Of a stretch of DNA of 7,646 nt, positions 1-6,166 are shown one piece after another. Both the position numbers and the translations under genes were made by a program. The stretch covers positions 1 through 7,646 of the forward strand of contig NW_021828813.1 in the NCBI RefSeq assembly GCF_006345805.1, read 5' to 3'. The stretch's first letter is position 1; every line of letters begins with the position of its first letter. This DNA is from Octopus sinensis (taxonomy: Eukaryota). The notes beneath the pieces were generated by a model, which had not been told where the DNA came from, ran no database searches, and saw only the letters and a list, made by a program, of their open reading frames with translations.

Positions 1-113
1 TTAATATATAAAGGAACGACCATCAGAAACACACCGTACCACGTGCAATTTTCCTTCTGCGTGGGAAGCAAATCTTGAAGTCATCAAAAGAGGAAACGCA
101 GAAATCAAACGGC
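1..113 (+). repeat. Direct repeat copy 1 (may extend left of the window) of a ~115-bp local duplication
   Basis: 1-113 matches 244-359 (ttaatatataaaggaacgacc...gaaatcaaacggc) with 1 substitution and three 1-bp indels. Confidence 0.95.
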
Positions 114-243
114 GTGCCTTCCTTATCTTGGATCAGTGATGAATTAATCTGAGATAAACGGGGATAGAAGTACAACAAGAAAAAACCTGACCCGGGATGT
201 GAGACCGTATTCAAACTGAGATCTTTGAGAGGAAACTATAGCT

Positions 244-359
244 TTAATATATAAAGGAACGACCATCAGAAACACACCGTACCAAGTGGCAATTTTCCTT
301 CTGCGTGGGAAGCAAAATCTTTGAAGTCATCAAAAGAGGAAACGCAGAAATCAAACGGC
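244..359 (+). repeat. Direct repeat copy 2 of the ~115-bp local duplication
   Basis: Same sequence as 1-113; period 243 bp; copies diverge after ...aaacggc (gtgcc vs agaag). Confidence 0.95.
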
Positions 360-616
360 AGAAGTGTAAAGCTCAACAAAACCAACCTCGTCTTTCACCA
401 ATGCCGTCGACTCTTCTATGCAAGAATCGGTCTACCTAATCGTCAATGGCATTGTAGGTTGTGCAGGAATAATTTTATGCCATATATTGAATATTTAATG
501 GCTATTTTAAGAATTATAATATTTTAAATTTTCTATTGCAGAACCCTCTTATATTGGCCGAGACTCTCTTATTGGCTGCTAAAAACGGTGTTTGGGTGAA
601 GTTTGAACGAAGATAA

Positions 617-751
617 AAGGCTCAATGTACATCTGTATCAAATCAAACTTGTAAAATTACATGTGAATTAATGAATAAAAGAACAGAATATGGATGTAAC
701 AGATGTAACACAGTGTTTATAAACCATTGTAGCAATATAGAAGATATATAA
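617..751 (+). pseudogene. Possible remnant of a Cys-rich C-terminal domain (piggyBac-transposase-like), very tentative
   Basis: Hand translation KAQCTSVSNQTCKITCELMNKRTEYGCNRCNTVFINHCSNIEDI* has 6 Cys + 1 His in 44 codons, including RTxYxCxxC...HC; in-frame stop immediately upstream (614-616). Confidence 0.2.
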
Positions 752-932
752 AGATATTTTTATTAAAGAAATTTTCGTTTTTCATCTAACCGTCATCTTT
801 TTGCTGATTAAAACTTTGAAAATGCTTCTAATCCATTCCCTTATCCGTATGATCGAATGGTATTATGTTTGCGTCGAAGTTACAAATGTGATTTCATTTA
901 GACACTCATCCATGCATGCAAACACGCATCAA

Positions 933-951
933 TCCATCCATCCATCCATAC

Positions 952-1033
<82 letters not shown>

Positions 1034-1141
1034 ATATATATGTATATATATATATATATGTATATATGCATATATATGCATATATATATGTATATATAAA
1101 TATACATGTACATATATGCACATATATACTACATACATATG

Positions 1142-1187
<46 letters not shown>

Positions 1188-1200
1188 ATATATACATACA
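933..1200. repeat. Compound microsatellite (TCCA)4 + long (TA)n with degenerate TG/CA interruptions
   Basis: Directly visible; source of the YIYI-type ORFs in 801-1245. Confidence 0.98.
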
Positions 1201-1203
1201 ATG

Positions 1204-1307
1204 CCTGGTCGCTTAGCCAACGGGGTGTCCGTGTTTGAAGGCTAAAACAATGCGAAGCGCATTGTGACCAGCGATGTGTAGCAACATCTGATAACCTGGT
1301 CGGTCAC
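1204..1307 (+). other. Compact, strongly base-paired segment (probable retroelement/SINE-derived fragment)
   Basis: ctggtcgc 1205-1212 pairs gtgaccag 1264-1271 (one G-U); ttagcc 1213-1218 / ggctaa 1240-1245; acgg 1220-1223 / ccgt 1229-1232; aatgcg 1249-1254 / cgcatt 1258-1263; gatgt 1273-1277 / acatc 1284-1288. Confidence 0.45.
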
Positions 1308-1349
1308 TGTGATTCATGTGTGTGATATATACAAACATATGTGTGACCG

Positions 1350-1549
1350 CGTGTGTACCTTTGGCGATTTTTTCCCTCCGTCTTCCCTTTTTGGGATCTT
1401 TTCTTTTCCTATGTTTCTGACGAACAGCTCCGCTCGAAACGTTTGACCCTCCTTCTTCCCTTCCTTCCTGAGCGTTCAATAAAACTATACTTGTTCAACG
1501 TCCTCGCGTTGTTGTGTTTTCTCTTGTGTTTTCATGTTTGGATTAACTT
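1350..1549 (+). mobile_element. Penelope-like element 3'/pLTR fragment with degenerate hammerhead motif
   Basis: Pyrimidine-rich leader, CTGACGA 1417-1423, agc-tcc-gct hairpin, GAAACGTT 1436-1443, AATAAA 1478-1483, ends in (TA)n at 1550; same layout as the pLTR-like arms at 4215-5085. Left boundary approximate. Confidence 0.55.
1413..1447 (+). ncRNA. Degenerate minimal type I hammerhead ribozyme motif (probably inactive)
   Basis: Core CUGACGA and GAAAC-GUU with palindromic AACGUU present; stem II closing pair is C1425.C1435 rather than G-C; stem I gttt/tgac has a U.U mismatch next to the cleavage site. Confidence 0.5.
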
Positions 1550-1556
1550 TATATAT

Positions 1557-1644
<88 letters not shown>
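1550..1644. repeat. (TA)n microsatellite
   Basis: Directly visible. Confidence 0.98.
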
Positions 1645-1649
<5 letters not shown>

Positions 1650-1960
1650 AAATAGAATTAAAAACTACAGAAAACTTGTATTATATGGTTAAAGATTATA
1701 TTAAATTGTCATGTTAGAAAAATGTTATAAAGTTTTGTTTGTATTTCTTTCGAAATTTTTCAAATTTCTTTTCCGATATTGTGTCATCCCTTCATCATGG
1801 TGTGAAGTAGGAGAGTTCCAGACGAAGGGAGGTAATCAGGGATTTTTCTTTGGTATAAGGGAGATAATAAAAATGTTGGGAATAATTAGGTTTTATCAAT
1901 TAAACATGATTTGGTTTTGATAGAATAGAATAGAATATTAGAAGTGGCTAAGTTTTGGCT

Positions 1961-2207
1961 TATACACACACACACGCACATAAACACAAACACACACACA
2001 CACACAAATATATATATATGCATATTATATGTGTGTGTTTATATATGTACTTATATGTATGTATGTATGTGTATATATATATATATATTTATGTATGTAT
2101 ATATGTATGGATGTATGTATATATATAAGTATGTATATGTATGTGTGCGTATGTGTACACATATATATGTAATAAATAATTAATAATATATATATACATG
2201 CATATAT
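1961..2207. repeat. Compound (CA)n/(TA)n/(TATG)n microsatellite
   Basis: Directly visible. Confidence 0.95.
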
Positions 2208-2405
2208 GGGTGCAGGACGTCACTAACGGTGCAAATTACATGAAATACGTAAACAACGAGAATAAACTGAAAACAGAAATAAGCACAGATTAAGAATCCT
2301 TCAACAGTTGTCGGCTCTCTATCTACTCGTCATTTCCTGCAATGAATTAATTACGTATTTCGTATTCATTGTACTGTTGGTGACGTCCTGTACCCATATA
2401 TGCAT
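2198..2405. mobile_element. Fold-back (MITE-like) element with 55-bp terminal inverted repeats
   Basis: 2198-2252 vs reverse complement of 2351-2405: 46/55 ungapped, 33/37 in the outer part (atgcatatatgggt[g/a]caggacgtcac[t/c]aac...); 98-bp spacer; microsatellites on both sides. Confidence 0.8.
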
Positions 2406-2415
2406 AGTGTGTGTG

Positions 2416-2474
<59 letters not shown>

Positions 2475-2475
2475 G
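2406..2475. repeat. (TG)n/(TA)n microsatellite separating the two fold-back elements
   Basis: Directly visible. Confidence 0.95.
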
Positions 2476-2598
2476 TTTGCCACTAAATGTCGCCAACCAC
2501 TAAGGGTTGATGCTACAGTAGCTTGTAGCCCCAGGCTAACATTTATACCTCGTTCAGTAGCATCCTCCCTTAGTGGTTAGCCACATTTAAGTGGCAAA
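2476..2598. mobile_element. Short MITE-like element with ~41-bp terminal inverted repeats
   Basis: tttgccactaaatgtcgccaaccactaagggttgatgctac (2476-2516) vs reverse complement of 2557-2598: 37/42 with one gap; 40-bp interior; (TA)n on the left and ta on the right. Confidence 0.8.
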
Positions 2599-2646
2599 TA
2601 TACTTCACATTGTCGCGCAGCTACTGATTATACCTCGTTCAAAGCT

Positions 2647-2673
2647 TATTATATATATATATTATATAGGTAG

Positions 2674-2705
<32 letters not shown>

Positions 2706-2755
2706 ATTTGAACACACAACGGATCCATTTACAAGTATATATATATATATACATA
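2647..2755. repeat. Interrupted (TA)n microsatellites
   Basis: TA tracts at ~2647-2703 and ~2736-2755. Confidence 0.9.
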
Positions 2756-3013
2756 ACAAATTAAAAAATAAGATAGTTGAAATGTTAAAGGTAGATGTAA
2801 TTTAGAATAATGTCCATCGTAATATGCATGAAGGTATTCAACTCAGGAATCTAGAATAATGTCCAACATAAAGTGCAATCATAAATTTTTTTCTACATTC
2901 ATGAAAATATACGACGATAAAATGAAGCCTATTTGATGACCGTTTAATTGCCCGCTTGGTTTTGAAACCGGATAGAGATTGACACAGTCTCTGATCTCTA
3001 GCCACCTGTTTGA

Positions 3014-3389
3014 TACTCTTACTCCTTTACTCTTTTACTTGTTTCATTCATTTGACTGCGGCCATGCTGGAGCACCACCTTTTTAGTACTTATTCTATCG
3101 GTCTCTTTTTGCCGAACCGCTAAATGACGGGGACCTAAACCACCAGCATCGGTTGTCAGCAATGCTAGGGGGACAAACACACAGACAACACAAAACACAC
3201 ACATATACATATATATACATATATACGACAGGCTTCTTTCAGTTTCCGTCTACCAAATCCACTCACAAGGCATTGGTCGGCCCGGGGCTATAGCAGAAGA
3301 CACTTGCCCAAGATGCCACGCAGTGGGACTGAACCCGCAACCGTGTGGTTGGTTAGCAAGCTACTTACCACACAGCCACTCCTGCGCCT
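3014..3389 (-). mobile_element. Near full-length tRNA-derived SINE (octopus-type) with internal simple repeat and (AGAGTAA)-like tail
   Basis: Minus strand starts aggcgcaggag; A-box TGGCTGTGTGG (3368-3378); B-box GGTTCAGTCC (3326-3335); TA/TG tract 3176-3225; repetitive tail ...gaaacaagtaaaagagtaaaggagtaagagta; two homologous fragments elsewhere in the window. Family assignment is from recall; no TSD visible. Confidence 0.9.
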
Positions 3390-3499
3390 ATTAGTGGTTA
3401 AAAAATATGAATTATAGACTAATCCTTGCTGATCATATCATATTTTTATGTTTTTTCTTCTTCTTTACTTTATTTGTTAACAAAACATGCACAAATATG

Positions 3500-3662
3500 A
3501 ATTCACTTTAATCATCAAGGGATGACATAGATTTCCTAATGAATTTCTGAGAATAACAAATTATTGTCAACAGTATATTAATCGCAGTTCGAAAAGGGAT
3601 AGCAATTAACTATTGCATGGTTCTTAAATCATGCAATAGTTTTGAGCATGTTATGTGTTCAG
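3500..3662 (+). repeat. 163-bp direct repeat, copy A
   Basis: Matches 5125-5287 at 160/163, ungapped (3 substitutions). Confidence 0.97.
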
Positions 3663-3733
3663 AAGACATACACAGGTGTGTGTTTGTGTGTGTGTGGGTG
3701 GGTGTATTTCTGAATGCATGTTTGCATGTGACT

Positions 3734-3896
3734 GGCTCCTACATAGCTTCCGTCTACCAAATCTCCTCAGAGGGTATTTCGTTGGCCCAATTCTACTGCA
3801 GAAGATACTTGCCTACGGTGCCACACTGTGGAACTGACGCCGAAATCTACGTGGTCACAAAGCGAACTTGTTAACCACACAGTCATGCGAGCACCT
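3734..3896 (-). mobile_element. Older, diverged 5' (tRNA-like head) fragment of the same SINE family
   Basis: Colinear with 3231-3389; exact block ttccgtctaccaaatc (3748-3763 = 3244-3259) plus gcagaaga, acttgcc, accacacag. Confidence 0.85.
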
Positions 3897-3902
3897 ATGT
3901 AT

Positions 3903-4007
3903 TTGTTTCAGTTATTAGACAGTGGCCAAGATGGGGCATCGCCTTTAAGAACTTTTAGCCGAATGTATCAACCACAGCACTTGTTTTTTCAAGCCTGCTA
4001 TTCATTC
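3903..4007 (-). mobile_element. Diverged 3' (tail) fragment of the same SINE family
   Basis: 3903-3944 aligns to 3039-3080 at 32/42; continues with ~40-50 nt absent from the 3014-3389 copy. Confidence 0.75.
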
Positions 4008-4022
4008 GAACAAAAACTTGTG

Positions 4023-4031
4023 TATATATAC

Positions 4032-4066
<35 letters not shown>
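4023..4066. repeat. (TA)n microsatellite
   Basis: Directly visible, one cg interruption. Confidence 0.98.
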
Positions 4067-4068
<2 letters not shown>

Positions 4069-4214
4069 GTGAAATAGAAAGATGAATAATCTTGTAGTAG
4101 ATTAATCAAAAGTTTAACCGATACCTTAGTAGCAAAAATCACAGCAGTGAACAGCACGGTTGGAGGTACAACCATCTGGCGTTGCAACCGTGCGTTGGTG
4201 CGGATAATTGAAAT

Positions 4215-4417
4215 TAAAACATTATTGGTGAATTGAAGAAATGGAGCTGAACGCAGATTGAACAGAAATCGTTTTATTTCATTCTACACGTGTTTCGAAA
4301 GGCACAAATTACCAAATCCGATTGAATAATGGGACCATATTGTGTCTTTCTCTTCAGGAAGAAAAAGGAAATCCGTTGGAAAAACAAAAACAGAACAGAG
4401 GTCAGAGCAAAAAACAA
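4215..4417 (-). mobile_element. Left arm of 203-bp inverted repeat; Penelope-like pseudo-LTR
   Basis: Reverse complement of 4883-5085 with no substitutions and four 1-bp indels; contains hammerhead motif and AATAAA (4273-4278, minus strand). Confidence 0.8.
4277..4364 (-). ncRNA. Type I hammerhead ribozyme motif, all core nucleotides intact
   Basis: Minus strand: CUGAAGA (4351-4357), stem II 4340-4350 / 4297-4307, GAAA (4293-4296), palindrome ACACGUGU (4286-4293), GUA triplet (4285-4287), stem I 4358-4364 / 4277-4284; predicted cleavage between 4285 and 4284. Confidence 0.8.
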
Positions 4418-4882
4418 GGGAAATTACTCCTGTAAGAACACGGGGCTTGTTTTTTCACAGCGGGGGTTTTCCTGTCAAGGCAGGCTTAGATGAACACACA
4501 CACACACACATAAAACATAATATATATATATAATTTCTTTATTTTTTTCTTTCTGCCACCACCCCCGTTTATCACGGCAGTAGCCACTGACAGCCGAACG
4601 ATCAAACGCACACACGTACACAAAAAATGTTTTCTACCCCTACGCCAACACACACATATATAGAACAGTATACACACACACACGTCTCTAGTAGTTTTTT
4701 CTCGCCCCTTATAAAACATCCAATATTCTTTAAATAGTCAGAACTTTATTCTCGGTCACAAAGAACATCTATACACCTCACCCACATGATTGACCGATGC
4801 CTGACCTGTTGAATTCCAGCCACCGGTTCTCAACATACACTGATAAACAGTTTCGCCAGGGCTCTTAGGAGCACAGTTCGAT

Positions 4883-5076
4883 TTGTTTTTTGCTCTGCCT
4901 CTGTTCTGTTTTTGTTTTTCCAACGGATTTCCTTTTTTCTTCCTGAAGAGAAAGACACAATATGGTCCCATTATTCATCGGATTTTGGTAATTTGTGCCT
5001 TTCGAAACACGTGTAGAATGAAATAAAACGATTTCTGTTCAATCTGCGTTCAGCTCCATTTCTTCAATTCACCAAT

Positions 5077-5085
<9 letters not shown>
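4883..5085 (+). mobile_element. Right arm of 203-bp inverted repeat; Penelope-like pseudo-LTR
   Basis: Pyrimidine-rich leader, hammerhead motif, AATAAA 5022-5027, ends directly in (TA)n. Confidence 0.8.
4936..5023 (+). ncRNA. Type I hammerhead ribozyme motif, all core nucleotides intact
   Basis: Stem I UUUCUUC 4936-4942 / GAA(U)GAAA 5016-5023 (7 bp, 1 bulge); CUGAAGA 4943-4949; stem II GAAAGACACAA 4950-4960 / UUGUGCCUUUC 4993-5003 (10/11 bp, G10.1-C11.1 closing pair); GAAA 5004-5007; palindrome ACACGUGU 5007-5014; GUA 5013-5015, predicted cleavage after 5015. Confidence 0.82.

Positions 5086-5125
<40 letters not shown>
5084..5125. repeat. Perfect (TA)21 microsatellite
   Basis: Directly visible; joins the right inverted arm to direct repeat copy B. 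Confidence 0.97.
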
Positions 5126-5128
<3 letters not shown>

Positions 5129-5287
5129 CACTTTAATCATCAAGGGATGACATATATTTCCTAATGAATTTCTGAGAATAACAAATTATTGTCAATAGTA
5201 TATCAATCGCAGTTCGAAAAGGGATAGCAATTAACTATTGCATGGTTCTTAAATCATGCAATAGTTTTGAGCATGTTATGTGTTCAG
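5125..5287 (+). repeat. 163-bp direct repeat, copy B
   Basis: Matches 3500-3662 at 160/163; starts 1625 bp downstream of copy A. Confidence 0.97.
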
Positions 5288-5453
5288 TTGTGGAAGGGTC
5301 GATACATGAATCTCAGTATGTGGCAATGCTGGATATTCTGGTTGATGCTGGTGGTGGGAATGTCCTGAGTGAGTGGAGTGTGATTAGATCTGCTGGAAAG
5401 AAAGGAGTACGAATTTTGTTGCTTGTGTGTAAATTATGTGTGTGCGAGTAAGA

Positions 5454-5466
5454 TGTGTGTGTGTGT

Positions 5467-5504
<38 letters not shown>
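5454..5504. repeat. (TG)n microsatellite
   Basis: Directly visible. Confidence 0.97.
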
Positions 5505-5509
<5 letters not shown>

Positions 5510-5794
5510 TGTGGATTCTGGATTTTGTATGCTTGAAGTATTTATGCGGGTGTGAGGTAGGATGTTTTTCGTTTACCTTTTCCTCTTAACATTTTCCATA
5601 GTCTTTACCTTTTCCATAGTCTAATCTTCGTTACTGACCTCATTTGAGCTTGATGGCATATATTTTGGTGTCTCTTTCTGGGTTCCTTCCTTTTTTCCCA
5701 AAGGCTTCCCTGATATGATCTTCTTGCTTATCTACTTTTATGGAGAGTTAGACACAGAGGTCCATGTCCTCTCTTCATATTGTTAGTCTGTCTG

Positions 5795-6166
5795 TCATGT
5801 GTGTGTTTCCTTTTCCTCCTTTTGGCTGTCTGGCTGTGCTGGGTTGTTTGTAACCGGGTGTGCTTTAAGTTTCAGGTCCTGAGGGCACGTAGTCTTCATG
5901 TGTCCCTTTAGTCCGCATTTGAAGCACCATGGTCTGCTGCACTGAGCCATTATCCTAGATTTATTGTCATCTGGTAATGCAACAAATTCTGGCATTTCTT
6001 CCAGATCTTTAGTAGTGGTTTGAATTATTAGGCTTAAACATTTGCCGCACCAGTTCTGTTTACTGTTTTCGGAAGCTTGGAGGATGGTTACATCCTCTAC
6101 GTTAACAAATATGACTTGTATCAGCCTTATTTTATAACTATGAGAGGTATTGTTATTGTCATGATT
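5795..6166 (-). pseudogene. Decayed non-LTR retrotransposon ORF1 (L1/Tx1-like gag-type) fragment with CCHC zinc knuckle
   Basis: Stop-free for 123 codons (57 codons upstream of the track's Met): ...VEDVTILQASENSKQNWCGKCLSLIIQTTTKDLEEMPEFVALPDDNKSRIMAQCSRPWCFKCGLKGHMKTTCP...; CX2CX4HX4C at 5885-5926 preceded by RP; purine-rich K/E-type tail with stops continues to ~5510. Clade assignment is inference. Confidence 0.72.

Noticed and set aside
1204-1307. HDV-like ribozyme, suggested by GGCUAA followed by a pairing strand on the minus strand
   Set aside because: No L3 YCC / P1.1 GG pseudoknot or P1 partner could be placed.
1745-1800. Possible further hammerhead relic on the minus strand (aUGAUGA...gacacaatat...ttcGAAA; shares gacacaatat with the ribozyme arms and aagggatgaca with the 163-bp repeat)
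   Set aside because: C3 is missing and no stem II or III pairing can be drawn; 10-11-nt matches in AT-rich DNA may be chance.
801-2580. ORFs rich in YI/IY/HT/CV dipeptides (801-1245, 1353-1655, 1944-2183, 2308-2580, and similar at 3828-4187, 6731-7073)
   Set aside because: They are stop-free translations of dinucleotide microsatellites with no domain signal.
3320-3389. tRNA gene (A and B boxes present)
   Set aside because: It continues into a SINE body and tail, has diverged homologues in the window, and I could not build a full cloverleaf.
4700-4882. GIY-YIG or RT coding remnant upstream of the right pLTR-like arm
   Set aside because: All three plus-strand frames have stops and no recognisable motif.
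5125-5340. APE endonuclease N-terminus of LINE ORF2 (minus-strand ...SIATY*DSCIDP...LLHDLRTMQ*LIAI)
   Set aside because: Only a vague resemblance, with stops and without the catalytic Asn/Glu motifs; part of it overlaps a palindrome.
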